Made by a program: the position numbers and the translations under genes
Part shown: piece by piece, positions 15,583 through 25,454 of the stretch
How the letters are laid out: each line of letters starts with the position of its first letter
How positions within the stretch are numbered: position 1 is the first letter of the stretch
The notes under the pieces: model-generated
Databases searched by the model: none
What the model saw: the letters and a program-made list of their open reading frames with translations, nothing else
What the model was told of the DNA's origin: nothing
From: a bacterium
GTDB taxonomy: Bacteria > Electryoneota > Electryoneia > Electryoneales > Electryoneaceae
DNA length: 64,000 nucleotides
Reading direction: 5' to 3'
NCBI GenBank assembly: GCA_963669175.1
Contig: OY769902.1
Coordinates: 3,744,001 to 3,808,000 of the forward strand

Positions 15583-18500
15583 TCACTTCAACAGGATGAT
15601 TCGCTGAGTCGAAACCTGGTTTTGATAGTTGACCTGCATGAAGTACACTCCACTGGCCAGCATACCACCTGCCTGGTTGGCATTCAGCATGTACCTGTGC
15701 TTCCCTGCCGATAGGTGTAGTGATTCATTGTGAACAGCCTGTCCCAGGACATTGTACACCTTGATAGAAACGTCACCGGTTACGGGAATAGCCAGGTCTA
15801 CAGCAGTCACCGGGTTGAACGGATTCGGATAGGCCCGGGAAACACTGAACTCATGTGGCAGGTTCACCGGCGCCTTTTCATCTTCAACACCTGCGAACAT
15901 GTCGTAGACATAATCCGCTGTTGCCTGGAGGCTTTCCAACCCATCATTTACCATAACAGCGATTTCTACAAACAGGGTATCCTGTGGTCGCAACGTATAT
16001 GGCCCGACAGACAGGAACATCCGGTAGTCGAAAGGCTCTTCACCCAATTCCGCCGGTGTTGGCATATGCTGCCTGCCCTGGAAAGTCCGATGGCTGCCGT
16101 TCATGAAAGAGTATTTCGCCTCGTCTGTTTGCGGATCATCGGACCAGTTCCACCAGGCCATGTGTGCCAGTGGTTGCCAGTTTGACGCATTAATCACACG
16201 AGCGCCGATGTATCCCGGTATTGTCCCCCCTTCACCTGTGTCATCATCGTAACTGCCCGGGGAATCAGCATCGTACATGTATGGCATCAGACGTTCTTCA
16301 TCGAAATCCAGGTAATCATCATAATTGGCATTATTGACCTGACCATGCGGCCCCATGGCAATATCAGGATCAAGGTACCAGCCGAGATAAACCTTCTTGA
16401 GAACGTCCGAACTGATGTTTTTCATGGCAATCCTGATCAGCATAACATCAGCCAGCGCCTGATCCGTTGCTTCCGGCCACATCTCTGTTGTTTGGGTTAC
16501 TTGCAGGCCAAGGGGAAAATCGGCGTTCAGATCATTATAAACACAGGAATGGAAAAATCGATCTGCGCCAAGGATACTGGTCCGGTAAACATCTTCATTA
16601 TCCGGCTGCCACTCATGGTTCGCGTACTCGCTGAACGAGATTACCGGTTGATTGCCAAACATCACTCCAGCCCAGAATCCACCATGCCACAGGTAGTATT
16701 TCCCGCTTCCAATCGGCCATTCCATGGATGGGTTGGACTCGAAAGGATCGCCCAGGATACCGTAATTGCTGACCTGGCAGGCGATATGCGCTTGCGAATA
16801 CTGATCCGAGGTCTGAACATAGGCTTCTGTATAGCTGCTTTCACCGACAGGATTACTGTAGTTGGCTGTCACTCGGTAATAATATGTGTTGTTTTCGGCA
16901 AGATCTTCATCATTCCAGATCAGGTCAGTCACATCAGCCGCAACCTGCTCGAAGCCATGATCAGGATACTCGGACCGGTATATGGTAAATCCCGTCAAGC
17001 CCCCTTCGTTGTCCAGCTCGTTGGCAGACAATTGGCTTAGAACTTCTGCTTTATGATTCCGAATACTTTGCTTGTGCTCGAGATAAGTCATTTGGTTGGG
17101 ATCACTTTCCCAGTAGGGTAATCCAATTCGCAGTTCAATAGATGTTGCCGAAGTTGGCGCTGCATATACTGTTGGCGGGATGAAATAGTCCGGTTCGTCA
17201 TTCAGCACGACAGTAGGACAGCCGTAGAGGTTCACGTCTGTATCCGTCCGAGAAAAAACGGTTACCAGCTTATGATAATCTCCTTCATTTTCAGGGCCCA
17301 AAGCCCAACCGGGAATTGTAAGATCGACGCTGCCACGGTTTGCTTCGTTCAATGTTGTGTTTTCAACGAGAAAATCACCATCCTGAATGTGTTCAGTGGA
17401 GAGTGTAGTAGAACGAATGCAGCCTACAGCCATCGTTACGTCGTCATTTCCATCAAAGAAAAACTGTCCTTCAGGATCCAGGGTGGGATTGGGCGAATAC
17501 GCCCCATAGGCAGTGTACGCTACACTGAACGACCAGGGCGAAATGGACAGTGCATAGGGACGCACATCGGTTTCACGCCATTTGGTTTGAGGCATGTAGT
17601 AATATGCAGAAGAAAAATCAACATTGTTGAAGAGGAACAGATCATCATGAGTATCGCTGGCCCTGTCCAGGATGCAAGCCAGATTATAGTCCAGATATAT
17701 TTCCTGTAACGATTTTGACCGGTAAGGTTCCGGAAGGGTTGGCTGAATATCATTGAGCACAGAGTGAACACTGGCCATGCCATTATCTGCATTAGATGCG
17801 ACGCTCTGGATTAGTTCATCCCCTCCATACCGTTCATACAGATATTCGAAGAAGAGGAAAGCATTTACCAAGTCTTGCCGGGTTGCTACCAGCTCTTCAT
17901 AGGGCATGGTAATCAGTGTATTGTTCAATGGGGGAAGCAGATTCAAACCTTCATTGACATAAAAGACTGTCTCGCCCACAACAAACTGTTCGCACAATGA
18001 GGAGATTCCTTCAACTACCCAGGCTTCTTCATCCGGATCCACCTGTTGCATCATCCAATGCGCCAACAGATTTGTAATCGCATTGTACCCGGTAAATGAA
18101 TGCCAGACTTCCCATTCATCTTCAAAGCTGGAATGCTGCAATACATAAGCCGAATCCTGCTGCATAAACACTTGTGGATGTGAGTCCAGCAGGAGCATTT
18201 CAGGTTGATTCTGCTCTGCCGCCACGTATTTGGAGCCGAAATAGTATTGCGAACGTGCGTTGTTGCGTCCCTTTCCAGCCTCATCAAGAATATCTGTAAT
18301 CAGGATATCAACCGGATACTCGAGTTCATCCTGGTTATCCAGCGCCAGGTATCCCTCCAATTGTGTTATAGCCCCACTATTCGGATCAGTTGGCGTACTA
18401 TCCTCTATAAAACCAACAATACTGTCCAGTTCGGCCTCGATAACGGGGATCAGGCCATTATTCTCTTCATAAGCCCTGAGTTGATTCAGGGCAACGTACA

Positions 18501-20622
18501 GGTTGACATGTTCAGACATTCTGCGCAGGCGAAAAACCTGTTCGGTTGGTTCCGGTGCGAACTTTTCGAAGGATGGTACAGAATAGACCTGTCCCCATCC
18601 TGCAAGAAGGTTGCCCTCACCACCGAATTGTTCCAGGTTCATCCCGTCTGTCAGGTTTATCAAATCAGCATTGGAAGTGCCGTTGTAGGTTGTAAATGTA
18701 TTCGCTGCGATTGAGATGATGGGAATGACTCGTGGCAGATACTCCAGCTCCTGCATCGCGGCAGCGCTGGCATCATCCAGCAATACCCGTATTTCAGTGG
18801 CAGAAACAGCTTCCACTTCATACCAACTTAGCTCCACATTGGAATACGTGATACCTGACGAAGCCGACAAAGCGGTATTCACCAATTGTCCATCAAAGCA
18901 CAATCGAAGCGCTTCTTCGTTTTCCACGTATATGATACTGATCGGCACTAACGAACGATTATCTGAACTATACTGAACATGGACCAGTTGATCCCAGTTG
19001 CCGTTCAATTTCGATTGCTGAAGCACAGTAAACGGGAACAAATGCAATGCTGTTGTGTTTGTATTGAACTCTGTTTCCAGGGAATAAGCACATTCATCTG
19101 TCAGGATGAATACCAGTGCCCGGTTACCATCCACACGTTCCATGCTAGTATATCGCAACCAGAGGTACTCAGCGCCATCCGTGAGTAACAGGCCGTTTGT
19201 ATTGTACAGGTAATCTTCAATACGAATGTCAAAATGCACATAAAGCCGGTTTGCTTCAGCGTCGAAAACACACTCATCTGCAACAGGCGCTTTCACACTA
19301 CCGGTTTCGGGTATGATCCCCAACTCGACTTCCGCTTCTGCATTTTTTTCCCCAACAATCCCCAGCGCCATGTAGGGCAGCACATGCACAAAAACAATCT
19401 GATCATCGTTGATAGCTTCTTCAAGCTGCCTTTGATTGTCGATGACAAGCGAAATTGTTATCTGTTGCTGTTGAATAATGACATCACTGTGACCACTGAG
19501 AAGAAATGATCCGCTATCCTGGGTAACGATTTCAATCCTTCCGGGATTAAAATCTGTCGTATAGTCAGGCGATACAGGCCCATCAGTCACCAGCGTCAGT
19601 TTATTCCACCCCATATCATATTGAGCGATCTCCACAATAAGGGGATTAACCACAGAATAGCTTATCAGGGACATGCTGGTTTCCTGAGTTCCGTGGTACT
19701 CCTGATCGGTAAAGGCCCAGGGATCAAAGGTGACGGTTGTATTCGCCAGGTCCAGCGCTTCGAGACCGATGCGGTCATGCAAGGTCAGATGCAGGCGTAA
19801 CTGTGTATTATCTGCCGGATCAATAACCTCCAGCAATTGGTTTTGAACCATGTAATGCAAACGATACTGAAGCCCGTTATTGTCCTCGAACAGGATACTT
19901 TCAGGGAAAATGTCTCTTTCAAACTCCAGGACACCATTCCCATTACGATCTTCATGCTGAATGATCGTATTGTCCAGTCTTCCATTTCCCGGCCCATTGT
20001 CCTCAGATACATCTTCCGGGATCAGATCAAACTGCACAGAATCCGAGAAGGTCAGCACCAGGTGCCCCATGGTAGTATCGTATGAAGCTGATTCAATCAC
20101 CGGACCGGCCACAGGTTCACCAGTTCTTGTGAGTGTTACTCCATCTTCAACCGTGATGCCATAATTCCCTTCCCCTTCACCATTGATAACACAGTTTTCA
20201 CCGATGACTATTTCCCATGAAGCTACGTCCTGATGACAAACGAGTAGCCTGGCTGTATCAAATATCTTTCCCCAGGTCTTGAAATGATAAGGTGTATACT
20301 CAATTTCCCTGTCATATTCATCATTAAAACCGCATACTGACAACGGGATCTGTAACCTGGCGCCGGAAATTGTCGCAGAATCAGGATTAGTGGCAACCCT
20401 GCGGATGGTTGTTTCGTAGTCCGGCCCGAATGCAATCCATACCTGGTCAGCGTGGTATTGCTCCGATGAGAGTTCCTGATCAAATGTCAGGGTAAGTATC
20501 GTTGTAGAGTAGTCGTACTCTGCTTCAATCAAAACAGGAGGTATCGCAAATGCTGCAAAAGGAAGGAGAAGAAAAAACAGAACAATTACTCTGGTGCAGA
20601 GTGCTTCCATTTCCCGGCTCAT
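15583..20622 (-). CDS. very large secreted multidomain protein (Ig-like repeats, peptidase-like region, FN3, T9SS-type C-terminal domain)
   Basis: Signal peptide, FN3 motif (GFTIYRS...YYYRVTA), WVVEG region, C-terminal YPNPFNP. Confidence 0.85.
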   Translation of the reverse strand: MSREMEALCTRVIVLFFLLLPFAAFAIPPVLIEAEYDYSTTILTLTFDQELSSEQYHADQVWIAFGPDYETTIRRVATNPDSATISGARLQIPLSVCGFNDEYDREIEYTPYHFKTWGKIFDTARLLVCHQDVASWEIVIGENCVINGEGEGNYGITVEDGVTLTRTGEPVAGPVIESASYDTTMGHLVLTFSDSVQFDLIPEDVSEDNGPGNGRLDNTIIQHEDRNGNGVLEFERDIFPESILFEDNNGLQYRLHYMVQNQLLEVIDPADNTQLRLHLTLHDRIGLEALDLANTTVTFDPWAFTDQEYHGTQETSMSLISYSVVNPLIVEIAQYDMGWNKLTLVTDGPVSPDYTTDFNPGRIEIVTQDSGSFLLSGHSDVIIQQQQITISLVIDNQRQLEEAINDDQIVFVHVLPYMALGIVGEKNAEAEVELGIIPETGSVKAPVADECVFDAEANRLYVHFDIRIEDYLYNTNGLLLTDGAEYLWLRYTSMERVDGNRALVFILTDECAYSLETEFNTNTTALHLFPFTVLQQSKLNGNWDQLVHVQYSSDNRSLVPISIIYVENEEALRLCFDGQLVNTALSASSGITYSNVELSWYEVEAVSATEIRVLLDDASAAAMQELEYLPRVIPIISIAANTFTTYNGTSNADLINLTDGMNLEQFGGEGNLLAGWGQVYSVPSFEKFAPEPTEQVFRLRRMSEHVNLYVALNQLRAYEENNGLIPVIEAELDSIVGFIEDSTPTDPNSGAITQLEGYLALDNQDELEYPVDILITDILDEAGKGRNNARSQYYFGSKYVAAEQNQPEMLLLDSHPQVFMQQDSAYVLQHSSFEDEWEVWHSFTGYNAITNLLAHWMMQQVDPDEEAWVVEGISSLCEQFVVGETVFYVNEGLNLLPPLNNTLITMPYEELVATRQDLVNAFLFFEYLYERYGGDELIQSVASNADNGMASVHSVLNDIQPTLPEPYRSKSLQEIYLDYNLACILDRASDTHDDLFLFNNVDFSSAYYYMPQTKWRETDVRPYALSISPWSFSVAYTAYGAYSPNPTLDPEGQFFFDGNDDVTMAVGCIRSTTLSTEHIQDGDFLVENTTLNEANRGSVDLTIPGWALGPENEGDYHKLVTVFSRTDTDVNLYGCPTVVLNDEPDYFIPPTVYAAPTSATSIELRIGLPYWESDPNQMTYLEHKQSIRNHKAEVLSQLSANELDNEGGLTGFTIYRSEYPDHGFEQVAADVTDLIWNDEDLAENNTYYYRVTANYSNPVGESSYTEAYVQTSDQYSQAHIACQVSNYGILGDPFESNPSMEWPIGSGKYYLWHGGFWAGVMFGNQPVISFSEYANHEWQPDNEDVYRTSILGADRFFHSCVYNDLNADFPLGLQVTQTTEMWPEATDQALADVMLIRIAMKNISSDVLKKVYLGWYLDPDIAMGPHGQVNNANYDDYLDFDEERLMPYMYDADSPGSYDDDTGEGGTIPGYIGARVINASNWQPLAHMAWWNWSDDPQTDEAKYSFMNGSHRTFQGRQHMPTPAELGEEPFDYRMFLSVGPYTLRPQDTLFVEIAVMVNDGLESLQATADYVYDMFAGVEDEKAPVNLPHEFSVSRAYPNPFNPVTAVDLAIPVTGDVSIKVYNVLGQAVHNESLHLSAGKHRYMLNANQAGGMLASGVYFMQVNYQNQVSTQRIILLK

Positions 20623-20704
20623 GGGAACCTCCGTTTGTCATCGCCCACTGCATCAACTTATCGACAATTCCCAATTTCTGCAAGCAGATATACACTCAAA
20701 TTGT

Positions 20705-21029
20705 AAAAAAAAGTGGTTCCTTACAAGAATTTGTACACTGCGGCAGTGTTGTGGCAGGTCTTGGCGCGAAATGATTTTACGCTACTTTTTACATGTGCTG
20801 GACGATGCGATTGCTCTAAATACTATAGATATCGCGTTGTGACCTGCCACTTGTTTCAGAGCTGACGTCAGGTCGCAATGTGATGCACGTGACTTCTCGC
20901 AAACGGCAAACTACAATCATCGATAGCCCTTCGGACTGATTCAGAACGGGAAGCCGGCATCACATCAAGACCTGACGCAACGTGACTGTTGACACGCTGC
21001 ACAAATACTTGTGAGCACCCCCAAAAAAA
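20705..21029. repeat. four-site palindromic MITE/REPIN-like element, copy 2
   Basis: Same ends and four inner sites as 13781..14118, with divergent spacers. Confidence 0.8.
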
Positions 21030-21056
21030 CGGCCATCTCCACTTGGAGATGGCCGA
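21030..21056 (-). terminator. purA terminator
   Basis: CGGCCATCTCCA-CT-TGGAGATGGCCG with an adjacent A7 tract (T run on the minus strand). Confidence 0.8.
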
Positions 21057-21098
21057 CAATAGACAAAAGATAACTCAAAATATCAGCAGATTAATCTA

Positions 21099-22382
21099 TT
21101 AAAACTCTCGCAACATGATTGTAGCATCTCGATCAGCGCCAACGCTTACGGTACCAATCTTCACCTTTGTCAGATCCTGGATCGCATCCAGGTAATCACG
21201 GCAGGCCATGGGCAATTCTCCATAGCTGCGAGCGCCGCTGATGTCTTTCTTCCACCCGGGCATGGTCGTGTAAACGGGTTCAACCTCGTCCAACAGCCAT
21301 GGCTCCATGGGGAAATCCTTGATCAGCTTTCCATCATACTCATAACCATCGCAAATCAGGATTTCATCCAGGTTGGACAGCACATCCAGTTTGGTTACCA
21401 TCCAGTAATTTATTCCATTTACCCTGGCTGCGTACCTTGCGATGACTGTATCCAACCAGCCACAACGACGTGCGCGCCCGGTCGTAGCGCCAAATTCTCC
21501 ACCCCAGGTACGGAACTGAGTCTGCAACGGTTCTGCAACTTCAGTCGGAAATGGCCCATTACCGACACGTGTTGTGTAAGCTTTCAAAACACCAAGTACG
21601 TTGGTAATCCGGTTCGGACCGATACCAGAACCAGTAATTGCTCCACCGGAAGTCGGGTTGGAACTGGTTACAAAAGGATAGGTTCCGTGGTCGATATCCA
21701 GCAATGTCCCCTGGGCGCCTTCCATGATAACCGATTTCCCTTCCCGAACAGATTGATCCAGGAACAGGGACATGTCACGAACATAGGGTTCGATCCGTTT
21801 GCGGCAGTGCATGAATTCAGAGATAACAAGTTCCGGGTCCAGAGGCTTGGCATTATACAGCTTGACAAGCTGTTCGTTCTTGGTTTTGATATTGGCAGCC
21901 AGTTTGTCTCTCAGATAATCCTGATTGAGAAGATCTACTGCACGGATGCCGCTACGGTTGTACTTGTCCGTATAACATGGACCAATACCTTTTCCAGTCG
22001 TGCCGATTTTGCCTTTTCCGGCAGCTTTCTCCATCGCTTCATCCAGGGCGCGATGATACGGCATGATCATATGCGCCTGGGGACTGATATAAAAACGGCC
22101 TTCTGCCTTGATCCCACGCGCTTCAAGGTCTTCAATCTCCTGAAGCATGACCTTGGGATCAATGACGCAACCGTTGCCGAGACAGCAAATCACGTTATGG
22201 TGTAACAGACCGGAGGGAACATTGTGAAGAATCACCTGTTCCCCGCCAAAGACGATGGTATGACCTGCGTTAGGTCCGCCCTGGTAACGAACAACAATGT
22301 CCGCCTCACGGCTTAACCTGTCTACAATCTTACCTTTACCTTCATCGCCCCACTGGCTGCCCAGGATTACGGTTACCGGCAT
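21099..22382 (-). CDS. purA: adenylosuccinate synthetase
   Basis: QWGDEGKGK, NAGHT, GIGP, EGAQG and TTGR.RRCGW motifs. Confidence 0.98.
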   Translation of the reverse strand: MPVTVILGSQWGDEGKGKIVDRLSREADIVVRYQGGPNAGHTIVFGGEQVILHNVPSGLLHHNVICCLGNGCVIDPKVMLQEIEDLEARGIKAEGRFYISPQAHMIMPYHRALDEAMEKAAGKGKIGTTGKGIGPCYTDKYNRSGIRAVDLLNQDYLRDKLAANIKTKNEQLVKLYNAKPLDPELVISEFMHCRKRIEPYVRDMSLFLDQSVREGKSVIMEGAQGTLLDIDHGTYPFVTSSNPTSGGAITGSGIGPNRITNVLGVLKAYTTRVGNGPFPTEVAEPLQTQFRTWGGEFGATTGRARRCGWLDTVIARYAARVNGINYWMVTKLDVLSNLDEILICDGYEYDGKLIKDFPMEPWLLDEVEPVYTTMPGWKKDISGARSYGELPMACRDYLDAIQDLTKVKIGTVSVGADRDATIMLREF

Positions 22383-22674
22383 GCTGGTCGCCTCCCGTTG
22401 ATGTCAGGGTGAAACCCTCTCCAAAATCCGACAATGAATATAAGGAAACGATTAGCCGGAGTCGCCCTCATTTCCTCGGAGATAAACAAAATATCCTATT
22501 CAATGCTCCTTCTATCCAAATTATTATATTACAACAATATAAAAAATCTATCTCAATTTCTCAAAGCTATTGCGGATCAAGCTTCCACTGTGCTAGCTTG
22601 TGTCACGCTGATTGATACCAGTGTATCAACCTGCTAGTGGACCGGAGCCGGATACTTGCTATGTGAGGTGCATC

Positions 22675-25017
22675 ATGTTCAGGATTCCAGCCCGCTGTAG
22701 ACTCGCCCTTTGTTGTATGCTCCTGCTTTTTCTGCTTGTTCCCAGCGCTTTCAGCCAGGACAGTCTCTTCGTAGAACTGCTCTATGAGCGTCATGATGCA
22801 ATTGACCAGGTGTGGGACTTCCAGTTGGATATGTTTTATGCTCACCTGGCTTGCGGAAAAGACGGGTATCGTGTATACGACTTCTTTGATCCAACTTCGC
22901 CCAATGAATTGAGCACAACCTACTTTTCTGCTCCAGACCATATTGATTGTAATTTCGCCGATAAGGTCCGTGTTGACCAGATGACCGGACGTGCCTTTGT
23001 GCTCTGGTACGATGGTTCCATGGAATACGACCTCTATACGATGGCAGTGTATGATGTTTCCAATCCGTCCGCGCCTTCCCTTTTGGGCGTGATGGATCTG
23101 CCCGACAGTGTCAATCAGATCATCGTTGAGGGGAACTACGCGTATGTTGCCGCGGCTTCTCCACCGCCGGGTGAGGATGATTATGGCCTCCAGGTAATTG
23201 ATGTGTCAGATCCGGCCAACATGAGCACGGTCGCATTTTTCCCGACAGGATCACCACTGCTGGATCTCCACATAGCCGGCGCTTCCTTGTGTCTGACCAC
23301 GTATACCGTTACAGATTCTCTTTACCTGCTCAGCCTGGCCGACCCCACAGCGCCAACCCTCCAGGGAAGTTGGGCTCCACAGGCGGAAGCAAGACGATTG
23401 CAGCAAATGAAGGATGACGGTTCCGGTCATCTTTTCCTGCTTGACTGGTTCTATGGATTGCGTGTGCTGGATATTTCAAACCCGGCTTCCATTTCCGAGG
23501 TCGGTTCACTTGAGATGAATGCCGGTGGTTTGTACACCCCCTACTACGCCATGCATTATGGTATGAACCAGCTTCGTTTCACCTGCTGGGTATTCGGCGA
23601 CATTACCCAGGCAGGGCTGATTTCAGTTGCGGATCCAACATCTCCCGAACTTGTCGGCACATGGGAAGGCCAGGGATTGGGAAGTGTTTACGCTTCCTGC
23701 ATTGATTACAGCAGTGTTTATATCTGGAATTCGTACATCGGCAGCGGTTGTACGATGCGCATGGTCGATCTCACCGATCCGGACAATGCCGATGTAGTGA
23801 CAACCTGGCAACCGGAAAGCTCACCTGAAAAGTTTGCCAAATCGGGCAACTTTGGGTATGGAATGCTTCGGGACGGCAGGATTCGTATTGACGACATGAG
23901 CGATCCTGCAAATCCACAGTTTGAAAGCTACCTCGTCCCGGCAACGGATGATTATTTGCAGGCAATTTGTACAACAGATGATTACCTCATCACATCAAGG
24001 TTCTCCGGCGGAAGCATTGATAGTGTGGGAATCGTCATCTATTCCTTGATAAATGATCCAACCGTTCCGGAATATGGCTGGTTTTTCCAGACTGCCTACT
24101 TGAACGAACCGCCGTTGGATTTTGCTGTCGATGGGACCAGTTTTGCCGCGGTGGAAGGGACATCCGGCGTCAGTGTATATTCACTGCCGAACAATGAATA
24201 CCCACCTTTACGTATCGCCAACTGGAATGTGCCGGATGAAAACCGAAACCTTTCCCAGGTTGCCCTGGATTGGCCCACTCTTTACGCTGTTGACGTCAAC
24301 CACTCGGAGGTGGTGATCTTTGGCGGCACGTGGGAAGGATTGGAGATCATTACAACCATCGCCACCGATGGCGTCCCCTGGGATGTTGCTCTGTCCGAAG
24401 ATAGAACTCGCCTGTTTATTGCCGACGGCGCATCCGGGTTAAGTATTTACGATGTCTCAGACCCGTCATCTCCGACATGGTTATCCTCGTGCAGTGATGA
24501 CCTTGATTTTGCTGTCAATGTCCAGGTGCAAGGTAATCTGGCAGCAGTGCTGAATATTGGTGATACGGGATTGCATGTTTTCTGGTGCTCTGACCCGACC
24601 CAACCGGAACATATCGCATACCACAGCACACAGGGCATGTATCCGCTGGATTTGCTGCTTGAGAACAATACCATCTATGTGGTTGAGGAGAACCAGTTTG
24701 AGATATACGAGCTGGATGAGAATGATGTTCACGATGCGACTTCAGTCCAACCTTGTTCCTTCACCCTGGATGCTCCCTGGCCCAATCCCTTTAATGCACA
24801 GGTAAAAATCGGTTATACACTGGAACAGGCTGGCCAGGTATCACTGAAGCTGTATGATGTACTGGGCCGTCAGGTCAGAACACTGGTTCAGGGGAATGTC
24901 AGCCAGGGACATCATGAGTTGTTCCTGTCATGCGACCATCTCGCAGCCGGAACTTACTTTCTGGCCATTGAGAAGGGATCGCAACGTATCGTAAAACAGG
25001 TCACCCTGTTGAAGTAA
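22675..25017 (+). CDS. LVIVD-repeat secreted protein with T9SS-type C-terminal domain
   Basis: Repeated GL.V.DVS.P..P units, signal peptide, WPNPFN tail. Confidence 0.85.
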   Translation: MFRIPARCRLALCCMLLLFLLVPSAFSQDSLFVELLYERHDAIDQVWDFQLDMFYAHLACGKDGYRVYDFFDPTSPNELSTTYFSAPDHIDCNFADKVRVDQMTGRAFVLWYDGSMEYDLYTMAVYDVSNPSAPSLLGVMDLPDSVNQIIVEGNYAYVAAASPPPGEDDYGLQVIDVSDPANMSTVAFFPTGSPLLDLHIAGASLCLTTYTVTDSLYLLSLADPTAPTLQGSWAPQAEARRLQQMKDDGSGHLFLLDWFYGLRVLDISNPASISEVGSLEMNAGGLYTPYYAMHYGMNQLRFTCWVFGDITQAGLISVADPTSPELVGTWEGQGLGSVYASCIDYSSVYIWNSYIGSGCTMRMVDLTDPDNADVVTTWQPESSPEKFAKSGNFGYGMLRDGRIRIDDMSDPANPQFESYLVPATDDYLQAICTTDDYLITSRFSGGSIDSVGIVIYSLINDPTVPEYGWFFQTAYLNEPPLDFAVDGTSFAAVEGTSGVSVYSLPNNEYPPLRIANWNVPDENRNLSQVALDWPTLYAVDVNHSEVVIFGGTWEGLEIITTIATDGVPWDVALSEDRTRLFIADGASGLSIYDVSDPSSPTWLSSCSDDLDFAVNVQVQGNLAAVLNIGDTGLHVFWCSDPTQPEHIAYHSTQGMYPLDLLLENNTIYVVEENQFEIYELDENDVHDATSVQPCSFTLDAPWPNPFNAQVKIGYTLEQAGQVSLKLYDVLGRQVRTLVQGNVSQGHHELFLSCDHLAAGTYFLAIEKGSQRIVKQVTLLK

Positions 25018-25097
25018 CCCTACATCATCATGTTCAACTTTATAGCAGCATGGCTAAATGCTCTTTCTTCTCGGCCATGCTGCTTTTATTTCGACAC

Positions 25098-25113
25098 TGT
25101 CCATTATCGGACA
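25098..25113. promoter_or_regulatory. putative enhancer (UAS) palindrome
   Basis: TGTCC-ATTATC-GGACA about 300 bp upstream of a sigma-54 motif. Confidence 0.5.
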
Positions 25114-25404
25114 CTCAACCGTCCAGTAATACTACATGAGAACTTGATATTCTCATCAATATCCTTTTATATCGGTTTGTCTCAGAGTTTCCGACACTCT
25201 CATTCCTTCGAAAGAAGGAATTCAGTTATATTGCGATACTACAACGATTTATGCATTATTGAGCAAGGAGGTTCATTGCATCTGTGTAGGAGTGTAAATC
25301 TATATTTAATTGTCACTTGCCTGCCCCCCATCTTCATGGGGATGAAAACCCGGCCTATTCTATTTCGCCTGTTATCTGTATAAGCCTTGATATGAATCAA
25401 TCAA

Positions 25405-25420
25405 TGGCACATGCTTTGCT
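25405..25420 (+). promoter_or_regulatory. sigma-54 -24/-12 promoter
   Basis: TGGCAC-ATGCT-TTGCT, an exact match to the consensus, 35 bp before the permease ATG. Confidence 0.75.
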
Positions 25421-25454
25421 TTTTCAGCCATGAAACAATGGAGGTGGACCAACG

